A stretch of 64,000 bases of DNA, from assembly GCA_039630415.1 (NCBI GenBank), contig JBCNVB010000013.1:174492-238491 (forward strand). The letters are read 5' to 3'. Within the stretch, counting starts at the first letter, position 1; each line of letters opens with the position of its first letter. Positions 49,319-58,011 of this stretch are shown piece by piece. The stretch comes from a bacterium. Its GTDB lineage: Bacteria; DRYD01. Under the pieces are notes generated by a model, which worked only from the letters and a program-made list of their open reading frames with translations, was not told where the DNA came from and made no database searches. Both the position numbers and the translations under genes were made by a program.

Positions 49319-50137
49319 TTATAGGGCGTTTCTAATTACTTTTTCTAGATTTAATTGTATTTCGATCATACGATGATCAGAGAATTTGTGAACATTAGGA
49401 TACTCGTACCTACCTACAACATTGAAACTTCTCTGAACAACTGATTCATTAAAATGTTTTGAAACAAATATATAGTCTAAAACGCTTTTATACTTTCCAT
49501 AATATGTAGGATATTTTGTTTCTCGTGACATTTTGTCTAGATTTCTGACATCTGTAAAACCATTACTTTCTAAAGTTTTGATTGTTATTGAATCAGGTAA
49601 ATCATTGAAATCTCCCATTATTATAGTTGGAGTATCTGTATTTTTAGTTTTTTGTATAAGGTTTTCTACCTCTTTGTATCTTTGCTTATCCGCTTCTACT
49701 CCTCCTCTCTTTGACTTTAGGTGTACTGTAAAGACTTTCACTTGGAAACCAGGCATTATTTCTATAAGAGCTTCTACCGGTGGTCTTTTAAAAACTTCAT
49801 TATTCTCATTTATCGTGTAGTTTTTTATCTTAAATTTCTTACTTACCAAAAGTGCAGTTGCTATACCTCTCTCATCCGATTTCCCAACTATTACATTATA
49901 CTTATCTTTTAAACCAGCTGTTTCTAATAATTTGGTCAATATTTGTATATTTTCAACTTCTTGTAAAGCTACTATGTCTGCATTTGACCTTCTTATTATG
50001 TCTCCTATTCCCGCTATTTCACTCTCTTTTTTGGGAGGACCATCATTCTTCAACGGATCGTCTATATTATCAAACAAATTCCTAAGATTATAACTAGCGA
50101 GCTTTAGAGTATTGACTTTATCATTTATCATACTCAT
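49319..50137 (-). CDS. Endonuclease/exonuclease/phosphatase (EEP) family protein
   Basis: SYNL.NLFD, LQEVE, HLKS, GDFND, LDYI and SDH. Confidence 0.92.
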   Translation of the reverse strand: MSMINDKVNTLKLASYNLRNLFDNIDDPLKNDGPPKKESEIAGIGDIIRRSNADIVALQEVENIQILTKLLETAGLKDKYNVIVGKSDERGIATALLVSKKFKIKNYTINENNEVFKRPPVEALIEIMPGFQVKVFTVHLKSKRGGVEADKQRYKEVENLIQKTKNTDTPTIIMGDFNDLPDSITIKTLESNGFTDVRNLDKMSRETKYPTYYGKYKSVLDYIFVSKHFNESVVQRSFNVVGRYEYPNVHKFSDHRMIEIQLNLEKVIRNAL

Positions 50138-50193
50138 CTCCCTTTTAATTATTATATTCTTTATGTGTTAATTTAGGACCTTGTACCGATAAA

Positions 50194-50218
50194 TTTTTAC
50201 ACTTTTTTTACAAAAAAA
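50194..50218 (+). promoter_or_regulatory. Tandem TTTTACA motif, copy C
   Basis: TTTTTACACTTTTTTTACAAAAAAA between the divergent EEP and S8 genes. Confidence 0.35.
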
Positions 50219-50294
50219 GCACCTTTAAAAAGCTATCCTTTTCATTTCAAAAATGAAATCAAAAAAGTGAATAAAAATTTAATGGAGGTAAAAA

Positions 50295-51356
50295 ATGAAC
50301 TTAAAGAATTTAAACAACACAACTGTTAAGTATCATAAACCCATAGAAATTACAGAACAAAGAAATAAGTTACCACATCATATTAAAAGAATAGATGTAG
50401 TTACAGAAGTAATAGATGCAGACGAAGTTTGGAAAATGGGAATAACAGGAAAAGATGTAACAGTAGCTGTCATAGATACAGGAATATACCCACACCCAGA
50501 CATAAAAGATAGGCTTATTGAATTTGTTGACTTTGTAAAAGGTAAAAACGGTGTGCAAAATGCATACGATGACAATGGACACGGTACACACTGTGCAGGA
50601 TTAGTTGCTGGTAACGGCTCAAAAGCTAACTCCAAATACAAAGGACCAGCTTTCGATGCTAATATCATCGGAATCAAAGTACTTGATGAAATGGGTGGCG
50701 GAAGATTATCTAACATCGTAAAAGCTATATACTGGGCTATACAAAATAAACAAAAGTATAATATAAAAGTTCTATCCATGTCTCTCGGAGTAGATTCAGT
50801 TATAAAGGAAAAAGATGATATACTAGCTAAAGCAGTAGAAGACGCTACTAAAGCTGGAATTGTAGTAGTTGTTGCAGCAGGTAATAGTGGACCACTTGCA
50901 AAAACAATAGCTAGCCCGGCAATTAGTAAATACGCCATCACCGTAGGCGCTTATGACGACAAAAATACACCATCAAAACAAGACGATACCCCAGCCTTCT
51001 TCTCCTCCCGAGGACCAACTCCAGTAGACAAACAAAAAAAACCAGATATATCTGCCCCAGGAGTAGAAGTCGTAAGCCTTAGAAGCCCCAACTCTACCAT
51101 AGATAAAGAACCAGTCATTAGATACGGAGATTACTACATAATGCTATCCGGAACTTCAATGGCTACACCCATAGTAGCTGGAGTAGTAGCCTTAATGCTT
51201 CAGGCCAACCCTGACCTTACACCAGAACAAGTAAAAGAAATCATAAAACAAACCGCTACTCCCGTAAAAGACGCAGGAGAATACTCTGTCGGAGCCGGAC
51301 TAATTAACCCCCTCGAAGCCGTTAAAAAAGCTCTTGAACTAAAAGCAAAAAAATAA
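50295..51356 (+). CDS. S8 subtilase (AprX-like), no signal peptide
   Basis: Catalytic triad VIDTG, GHGTH and SGTSMATP; AAGNSG oxyanion Asn; GGAGGT RBS. Confidence 0.93.
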   Translation: MNLKNLNNTTVKYHKPIEITEQRNKLPHHIKRIDVVTEVIDADEVWKMGITGKDVTVAVIDTGIYPHPDIKDRLIEFVDFVKGKNGVQNAYDDNGHGTHCAGLVAGNGSKANSKYKGPAFDANIIGIKVLDEMGGGRLSNIVKAIYWAIQNKQKYNIKVLSMSLGVDSVIKEKDDILAKAVEDATKAGIVVVVAAGNSGPLAKTIASPAISKYAITVGAYDDKNTPSKQDDTPAFFSSRGPTPVDKQKKPDISAPGVEVVSLRSPNSTIDKEPVIRYGDYYIMLSGTSMATPIVAGVVALMLQANPDLTPEQVKEIIKQTATPVKDAGEYSVGAGLINPLEAVKKALELKAKK

Positions 51357-51374
51357 AAAAAACAAGAAAATAAA

Positions 51375-51424
51375 AAAAAGTAAAAATAAAAAGGGTGGGC
51401 TTTTAAACCCACCCTTCTCTTTTA
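51375..51424. terminator. Rho-independent terminator between the convergent S8 and groEL genes (likely bidirectional)
   Basis: AAGGGTGGG (51391-51399) pairs with CCCACCCTT (51408-51416); long A tract on the left (U tract for groEL) and a T-rich run on the right. Confidence 0.85.
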
Positions 51425-51434
51425 TCCCTTTAGA

Positions 51435-53087
51435 TTAGTAGTCCATTGGTGGATGACTATGTCCACCCTTTTCCTTTTCCTTTTCTGGTATTTCAGCTAT
51501 TACAGTTTCTGTGGTTAATACCATTCCAGCTACTGAGCAAGCATTTTCAAGAGCACTTCTTGTAACTTTCAATGGATCTATGATTCCTGCTTTGAACATA
51601 TCTACAATCTTTCCTTCAACTGCATCAAAACCATGTGTTGGAGAAGATCTCTTGACTTCTTCTGCTATAGATCCTCCGTCAAAACCAGCGTTTTCTGCTA
51701 TTTGTCTTAGTGGTCTGTCTAAAGCAGATTTTACTACTTTAATACCTATTGCCATATCTCCCATATATTCTTTTTCAAGATTTTCTAAGGCATTGATGGT
51801 TCTGATGAGAGCTGTACCTCCACCTGGAATTATTCCTTCTTCTACAGCTGCCTTTGTCGCATTAAGAGAATCTTCAAATCTAAGTTTCTTTTCTTTGAGT
51901 TCAGTTTCTGTTGGTGCTCCAACTTTAATTACTGCAACACCACCAGTAAGTTTTGCAAGTCTTTCTTGTAGTTTTTCTCTATCAAATTCACTATCTGTTT
52001 CCTTTATTTGCTTTCTAATTTGCTCTATTCTAGCTTTTATTTCAGCGTCGTTACCTTTGCCTCCTATTATTGTTGTGTTTTCCTTGGTAACCTTTACTTT
52101 TTCAGCTTTTCCAAAATAGGTGCTATTTTTGACATTTTCTAGTTTAACTCCTAGTTCATCATTTATGACTTGTCCTCCGGTAAGTATTGCTATATCTTTG
52201 AGCATTTCTTTTCTTCTGTCACCAAATCCTGGAGCCTTTACTGCACATACATTTAGAACTCCTCTTAGTTTGTTTACAACCAATGTTGCTAAAGCTTCTC
52301 CTTCTACATCCTCTGCTATTATTAGTAGTGATTTTCCTTCTTTTACTACTACTTCTAGTACTCCGAGTATATCATTAACAGATGCTATTTTCTTTTCGGT
52401 TATTAAGATATATGGATTTTCAAGTATTGCTTCCATTCTTTCTGCATCTGTTACAAAATAAGGAGATATGTAACCTCTGTCAAATTGCATACCTTCAACG
52501 TGTTCTAGGGTTGTTTGAGAAGATTTGGATTCTTCGATAGTTATAACACCTGTTTTACCTACCATTCTAATAGCTTTCGCAATCATTTTACCAATTTCTT
52601 CATCGTTATTAGCTGCTATAGTAGCTACTCTTTCGAGATCATCTACATCAGTTTTTGTTTTGCCTTCAAAATCAACTTCTTTTGCTTGCTTCTTGAGTTC
52701 CTCAATAACAACTTCTTTTGCCTTATCTATTCCTCTTTTGAGGTAGATTGGGTTTGCTCCAGCTGCTATTGCTTTGAGACCTTCTTTGATTATGTTATAA
52801 CCTAGAACTACTGCTGTTGTTGTACCATCTCCTGCTATGTCATTTGTTTTGGTTGCTACTTCTTTAAGTAGTTGTGCACCCATATTTTCGATTGGATCAG
52901 GAAGCTCTATTTCTTTTGCTACTGTAACACCATCATTTGTGATTAGAGGACTACCAAATTTCTTTTCTAGCACTACATTTCTTCCTTTTGGACCTAGGGT
53001 TACTCTTACTGCATCATAAACAGTTCTTATACCTCTTTCTAACTTTTGTCTTGCTTCTGTATTAAATAGTACCATCTTACCACCCAT
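51435..53087 (-). CDS. groEL: Chaperonin GroEL
   Basis: [32 protein letters not shown] and [10 protein letters not shown]. Confidence 0.98.
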   Translation of the reverse strand: MGGKMVLFNTEARQKLERGIRTVYDAVRVTLGPKGRNVVLEKKFGSPLITNDGVTVAKEIELPDPIENMGAQLLKEVATKTNDIAGDGTTTAVVLGYNIIKEGLKAIAAGANPIYLKRGIDKAKEVVIEELKKQAKEVDFEGKTKTDVDDLERVATIAANNDEEIGKMIAKAIRMVGKTGVITIEESKSSQTTLEHVEGMQFDRGYISPYFVTDAERMEAILENPYILITEKKIASVNDILGVLEVVVKEGKSLLIIAEDVEGEALATLVVNKLRGVLNVCAVKAPGFGDRRKEMLKDIAILTGGQVINDELGVKLENVKNSTYFGKAEKVKVTKENTTIIGGKGNDAEIKARIEQIRKQIKETDSEFDREKLQERLAKLTGGVAVIKVGAPTETELKEKKLRFEDSLNATKAAVEEGIIPGGGTALIRTINALENLEKEYMGDMAIGIKVVKSALDRPLRQIAENAGFDGGSIAEEVKRSSPTHGFDAVEGKIVDMFKAGIIDPLKVTRSALENACSVAGMVLTTETVIAEIPEKEKEKGGHSHPPMDY

Positions 53088-53099
53088 TTTTTACACCTC

Positions 53100-53408
53100 C
53101 TATTCACTTTCTACTATTGCCAGTATTTCACTTTCTCTTAGGATTAAGTATTCTTCTCCTTTTATCTTTAATTCGGTTCCTGCATATTTACCGAATAGAA
53201 CTTTGTCACCCTTCTTAACGGTTGGTTCTACTCGGGTACCATTGTCCAGCATTTTTCCTGGACCAACCTCGATTACCTCTCCTTTTTGAGGTCTTTCCTT
53301 AGCAGTATCAGGCAAATATATCCCACTTTCTGTTCTCTCATCTTGAGGTATTGGTTTTACTAGTACTCTATCTTCTAGCATTCTTAGCTTTATTGTTTGG
53401 GTTGCCAT
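53100..53408 (-). CDS. groES: Co-chaperonin GroES
   Basis: DRVLV, T.SGIYLPDTAKE.P, VGPG and KYAGTE. Confidence 0.98.
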   Translation of the reverse strand: MATQTIKLRMLEDRVLVKPIPQDERTESGIYLPDTAKERPQKGEVIEVGPGKMLDNGTRVEPTVKKGDKVLFGKYAGTELKIKGEEYLILRESEILAIVESE

Positions 53409-53556
53409 GCTTTACACCTCCTCTCGTACTGTTTCTTTGTATCGTTCTTTCGTACCCTATGTATTGTTACTCTTTTTGCCTTACACCTATAATATACCCA
53501 CTTTAGAAAATTTTTATACAGGATTTTGAAAAATTTTTATAGGGGGTTTGGAGGTT

Positions 53557-54786
53557 CTATGAAAATTTTCTGAATGCAACTACTACATTATGTCCACCAA
53601 AACCAAAAGAGTTCTTAAGTGCTACATTTATCTGTCTATGTACAACTTTATTGGGAGTGTAATTAAGGTCACACTCTGGATCTGGAGTAGTGTAGTTTAT
53701 AGTCGGGTGTACAGTTTGATTGTAAATACACAGAATAGTTGCGATAGATTCTATAACACCGGCTGCTCCTAGAGTGTGGCCTATCATTGATTTAGTAGAA
53801 CTTATGTTAACTTTATATGCTCTTTCTCCCAAAGCAGATTTTATTGCAAATGTTTCAGTTTTGTCATTGTAAGGTGTGGATGTCCCATGAGCATTGATAT
53901 AGTCTATTTCTTCAATATCGATATTTTCTATTGCCTTTGAAATAGCGTATATGATACTTGATGCGCCTGGATCTGGAGCAGTAATATGATAGGCATCACA
54001 TGTATGATAATAGCCAACAATTTCAGCGTATATTTTGCTTTCTCTTCTAGATGCATTTTCCAAAGATTCCAGTATAATGCATCCTGCACCTTCTGCTATT
54101 ACGAAACCATCCCTGTTTAGATCAAATGGTCTGGAAGCTGTTTGGGGATCGTTATTCTTAGATAAAGCCCCCATATTCTCAAACCCTGCAATTGAAGAAG
54201 GAGTAATTGGAGCTTCTGAACCACAAACAATAGCTATATCAACAGTTCCACTTTTAACAGCTGCATAGGCTTCCCCTAAGGCATGTAGAGAACTAGAGCA
54301 TGCACTTACATATGTTAAATTCGGCCCCCGAATATTATATATGATACCTATCCACCCAGCCAGTATATTCACTATCATTTTGGGAACAAAATAGGGAGAA
54401 ATTCTTTTATTTCCTTTGCTAAATAATACCCCAACCTGTTCTTCAAATGTTTCAATTCCACCTATTCCAGAGCCTACGAAAACACCTACTCTATAAACAT
54501 CTACATTCGATAAATTAATCAAACTATCTTCCAATGCCTGATGAACTGAGGCTAATCCAAAATGAACAAACCTGTCCATTTTTCTTATATGCTTTTTATC
54601 TATGTAGTTGTACGGATCGAAGTTTTTGACTAAACCAGCTATTTTACAATCGAAATTGCTTGTATCTATCCTATCGTTAAATGTTATACCGTTTTTCCCA
54701 TTTACTAGATTTTGCCAGAATTCATCTACCGTGTTTCCCAAAGGATTTATAGTACCCAATCCCGTTACTACCACTCTTCTATTCAT
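53557..54786 (-). CDS. fabF: 3-oxoacyl-ACP synthase II
   Basis: RVVVTGLG, SACSS, NAHGTST, KSMIGHTLGAAG and NSFGFGGHN. Confidence 0.96.
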   Translation of the reverse strand: MNRRVVVTGLGTINPLGNTVDEFWQNLVNGKNGITFNDRIDTSNFDCKIAGLVKNFDPYNYIDKKHIRKMDRFVHFGLASVHQALEDSLINLSNVDVYRVGVFVGSGIGGIETFEEQVGVLFSKGNKRISPYFVPKMIVNILAGWIGIIYNIRGPNLTYVSACSSSLHALGEAYAAVKSGTVDIAIVCGSEAPITPSSIAGFENMGALSKNNDPQTASRPFDLNRDGFVIAEGAGCIILESLENASRRESKIYAEIVGYYHTCDAYHITAPDPGASSIIYAISKAIENIDIEEIDYINAHGTSTPYNDKTETFAIKSALGERAYKVNISSTKSMIGHTLGAAGVIESIATILCIYNQTVHPTINYTTPDPECDLNYTPNKVVHRQINVALKNSFGFGGHNVVVAFRKFS

Positions 54787-54828
54787 ACTTGTCTTCTCCT
54801 TAGTAAGTTAAACTTTGTAAGTTAATAC

Positions 54829-55515
54829 TTAGACTTTTTGGTTCAATAGGGAGTATTCTAGTAAACAATTTCTCAAACTATCTTCAATGTTTTCATAATT
54901 TAGTATAGTTTCAAATTTTTTCTTTTCTAACTGCTTGCTTTCAACTACTATTGCAGTGAATTTATCCTTTTTTTTGTCCAAGTACTCGATATAGGGGATT
55001 CTAAAGGACACCTCTATTACCGTTTTAGGAGGTATAGGAATTGAGGTAAATAAACTGATACCATTATGGAATATTCTGTAGGTTTTGGCTTTTTGAGTAT
55101 GTGGTACACCTACTGCATTATATTCAATATCAATCTCAACTTCCAAATCAAAGCTGGATATAAGTTCTTTAGCTTTACCAAACGGTTTATCTTTAGTTTT
55201 TGATGGCTTACTTATTACTATCACTCTATCTGCTAATACAATATCTTTTATTTGGGATTGAAAATTGTGAAGTTTTACTGTACCATCTTTTTGTATCTCT
55301 ATTAGATTAGTATCTGCAGTTTTTTCAGGTGTTATAGGAACTAGATTATTGGACATGTATTGTGAAAGAAGAGGAACTTTAAGTTCTATAGAATCTTTGG
55401 AAATGTTATCTATTAATCCATAAATATCTATCCATTTATCAGCTTCTATTATAGTCATTTTAACGGGGCTGTCCACCGAGAAATGAGGTTCTTTTTTACC
55501 AAATATGTTAAACAT
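54829..55515 (-). CDS. YcgR/PilZ-like two-domain protein, degenerate c-di-GMP motifs
   Basis: Two beta-barrel-like halves; C-half ..IFHNGISL.T...IP....IEV.F...A.VV........F.......L..Y follows the PilZ pattern. Confidence 0.55.
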   Translation of the reverse strand: MFNIFGKKEPHFSVDSPVKMTIIEADKWIDIYGLIDNISKDSIELKVPLLSQYMSNNLVPITPEKTADTNLIEIQKDGTVKLHNFQSQIKDIVLADRVIVISKPSKTKDKPFGKAKELISSFDLEVEIDIEYNAVGVPHTQKAKTYRIFHNGISLFTSIPIPPKTVIEVSFRIPYIEYLDKKKDKFTAIVVESKQLEKKKFETILNYENIEDSLRNCLLEYSLLNQKV

Positions 55516-56004
55516 CTACAGTCCCCCTTTTATTTTGTATATTATCTTTGTGGTTGATATATCAGGCACAAAAGTTAAAACTTCGTACCTAATCCTGTAT
55601 CTTTCAATAATTCTTATTTCTGGTATTTCCTTACCTTTATAATCGCCACCTTTGAAATACACGTCTGGTCTAAGATACTCAAGCAGTAGAATAGGTGTTT
55701 CTTCTTCAAATGGAACTACAAAATCGACAGCTTCTATAGAAGCAAGAACAATCATTCTATCTTCTAGAGTATTTATGGGTTTATTTGGACCTTTAATTTT
55801 TGCTACACTTTTATCACTGTTTATAGCTACAACTAACAAATCACAATATTCTTTAGCTTGATAAAGATAAGTTATGTGACCCTTATGAATTATATCAAAA
55901 CATCCATTCGTGAAACCTATAATCTTTCCTACTTGCTTGTACTTATCAATTACTAATTTTAGTCTTTCCCAATTGTAGAATATTTTATCGTTTGGATGTC
56001 TCAT
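55516..56004 (-). CDS. rfaE2: D-glycero-beta-D-manno-heptose 1-phosphate adenylyltransferase
   Basis: FTNGCFDIIHKGH, NSDKSV..KG..P, KGGDY and STT.II. Confidence 0.93.
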   Translation of the reverse strand: MRHPNDKIFYNWERLKLVIDKYKQVGKIIGFTNGCFDIIHKGHITYLYQAKEYCDLLVVAINSDKSVAKIKGPNKPINTLEDRMIVLASIEAVDFVVPFEEETPILLLEYLRPDVYFKGGDYKGKEIPEIRIIERYRIRYEVLTFVPDISTTKIIYKIKGGL

Positions 56005-57004
56005 ATGCAGTTTTTTCTAAGAATGTTAAAATATCTTTTGGTTTGACAGCAATTGTTCCAGGCTTAGATACACATATAGACCCCGCAATATTTGCTAACA
56101 TACCACTTTCTAAACAATCAAATCCCAGGTAGTTAAATAGCGCAAAAATCGATACTACGTTGTCACCTGCACCAGTAACATCAAAAACCTCTACCTCAAA
56201 TCCATCAACCTTAATTAATCTTTCTTTATTAACCAAGCTCAACCCTTCTTTACCCAATGTTACCAAAAGACTTGCTATATTGTATCTTTGTATAAACTCT
56301 TTCATACTGTCAAACATGCTCCTTTTATTAAGCCCTACAATTTTTGACAACTCCTGAAACTCCTGTCTATTTAAGGAAATACACTCTATCTGCTTTGTTT
56401 TCATAAACTCTTCAAATAATTCAAAGTTAGATGGCTTGGGAGAAAGATAAACTTTTTGCACTTTTATTTGACTTATGCAACCCATTAAGTTGTAACTAAA
56501 AAAACCTTTATTGTAATCTATCATAATTAGCAAATCATAGGGTTCTTGGAGTTGATTTATTTTATCCTCTATCAATTGGGCTGGAAATTTAAGTTCAGGT
56601 TTTTCCCTATCCACTCTTGCTATTTGTTGATTATTTTGAGCTATTAACCTAGTTTTTACTATAGTTTTATCGTAGGTACTAGTTATGGATTTTATATTGT
56701 ATTTTTGAAGTAGGTTCTTGACCCTTACACTGAATTGATCTTTACCAAGGAATCCCATTAAGGTTACATTTGGGCAATAATAGGATAGTATTTTGGCCAC
56801 ATTACCTGCTCCACCTAGATCATTCCATTCTTTTTCTACCCTTAGTACCGGTACTGGTGCTTCCGGTGATATCCTCTCAACTACACCTTTTAGCCATCTG
56901 TCTAGTATAATATCACCCATTACCAAGATTTTCAAATCTTTTATCTTTTCTAATGCTTTGATAACTCTATGATACAAACTGTGAATATCAATATCTGGAA
57001 TCAT
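55985..57004 (-). CDS. rfaE1: D-glycero-beta-D-manno-heptose 7-phosphate kinase
   Basis: GD..LD....G...RISPEAPVP, GGAGNVA, DYNKG and DVTGAGD. Confidence 0.92.
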   Translation of the reverse strand: MIPDIDIHSLYHRVIKALEKIKDLKILVMGDIILDRWLKGVVERISPEAPVPVLRVEKEWNDLGGAGNVAKILSYYCPNVTLMGFLGKDQFSVRVKNLLQKYNIKSITSTYDKTIVKTRLIAQNNQQIARVDREKPELKFPAQLIEDKINQLQEPYDLLIMIDYNKGFFSYNLMGCISQIKVQKVYLSPKPSNFELFEEFMKTKQIECISLNRQEFQELSKIVGLNKRSMFDSMKEFIQRYNIASLLVTLGKEGLSLVNKERLIKVDGFEVEVFDVTGAGDNVVSIFALFNYLGFDCLESGMLANIAGSICVSKPGTIAVKPKDILTFLEKTAYETSKR

Positions 57005-57999
57005 AGTTGTTTATGTATTCTGGATGGATTACCAACTACAACTGTATTTTCTGGAACATCTTTTGTTACCACAGTTCCTGCTCCTACATAGGAATTAGGA
57101 CCAATTACTTTGGGAGATATTATTACTGCATTTGATCCTATGAATGAATTATCTTTAACGATAGAAGTATATTTTGTTTTGCCATCGTAGTTAGCAAAAA
57201 CCACTCCTGCTCCAATGTTAACATTCTTACCAATTATAAGATCACCCAAATAAGCTAAGTGTGAAGCTTTCAAATTACCCTCAGCATTAACATTCTTGCA
57301 CTCAACAAAAGCTCCAATCTTAGAGTCTTTCAAAATATTACCCTCTCTTAAATGACTAAACGGACCTATATTGCAATCCATTAGTTTATTTTTTCTAACA
57401 AAACTAATCAACAATTTATTATTGTCTGCTATTACAGAATCATATATCATTACATTTGGACCTATCCTATTCGAATTGCCAATAATAGAGTTTATAATTA
57501 CCACGTTATCAAACAGCACATTATCTTTACCTATACTAGATAAGGGACATATGAATATGTTGTCACCCAAGTAAACATTGCCGCTAAATCTTTTTGATAG
57601 TTTTTTAACTTGCTTGTATAGCTTTTCTATATCTTCTAAAGTTCTTATTCTGAAACTAAATTCTCTAATTTTTGTTAGTTTGCTTATTTGTTTATTCTCT
57701 ATAGCTTTAATTATTTCTGAGGCTTTATAAAACATGAGAGGAGAGTTTAGATCAAGAAATAAACTATCTCTATCTAAAATTTTGTCTGACACTAATTCAT
57801 AATCTAACTTAAGACCATAAGCTTTAGTTAAGTCATTTATTAAACTTACTGTGTGATCGTGGGAAATAAAAGTAATCTTAGATTGAAAATGAGTTTGTAA
57901 TTTTTCTAATAACTTAAGATTGGGAAGACATATGGGATATAGAAAGTAATCATCATTGTATTTCCAAACTTCTTCAGTTGCTTTTACTACAATCCTCAT
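57001..57999 (-). CDS. GlmU-like glucosamine-1-phosphate acetyltransferase with reduced N-terminal domain
   Basis: IGPFSHLR, FVECK, KASHLAYLGD, NIGAG...NYDG, FIGSN and GAGTVVTKDVP; the uridyltransferase LAAG.GTRM motif is absent. Confidence 0.8.
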   Translation of the reverse strand: MRIVVKATEEVWKYNDDYFLYPICLPNLKLLEKLQTHFQSKITFISHDHTVSLINDLTKAYGLKLDYELVSDKILDRDSLFLDLNSPLMFYKASEIIKAIENKQISKLTKIREFSFRIRTLEDIEKLYKQVKKLSKRFSGNVYLGDNIFICPLSSIGKDNVLFDNVVIINSIIGNSNRIGPNVMIYDSVIADNNKLLISFVRKNKLMDCNIGPFSHLREGNILKDSKIGAFVECKNVNAEGNLKASHLAYLGDLIIGKNVNIGAGVVFANYDGKTKYTSIVKDNSFIGSNAVIISPKVIGPNSYVGAGTVVTKDVPENTVVVGNPSRIHKQL

Positions 58000-58011
58000 C
58001 GTTCACCCTAC

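Noticed and set aside
51435-51480. GroEL tail [10 protein letters not shown] instead of GGM repeats
   Set aside because: His/Pro-containing tails are a known variation and carry little information alone.
51511-53019. Long antisense ORFs opposite groEL (and similar ones opposite S8, pilO and ispG)
   Set aside because: Typical shadow ORFs of conserved genes, with no RBS or motif support.
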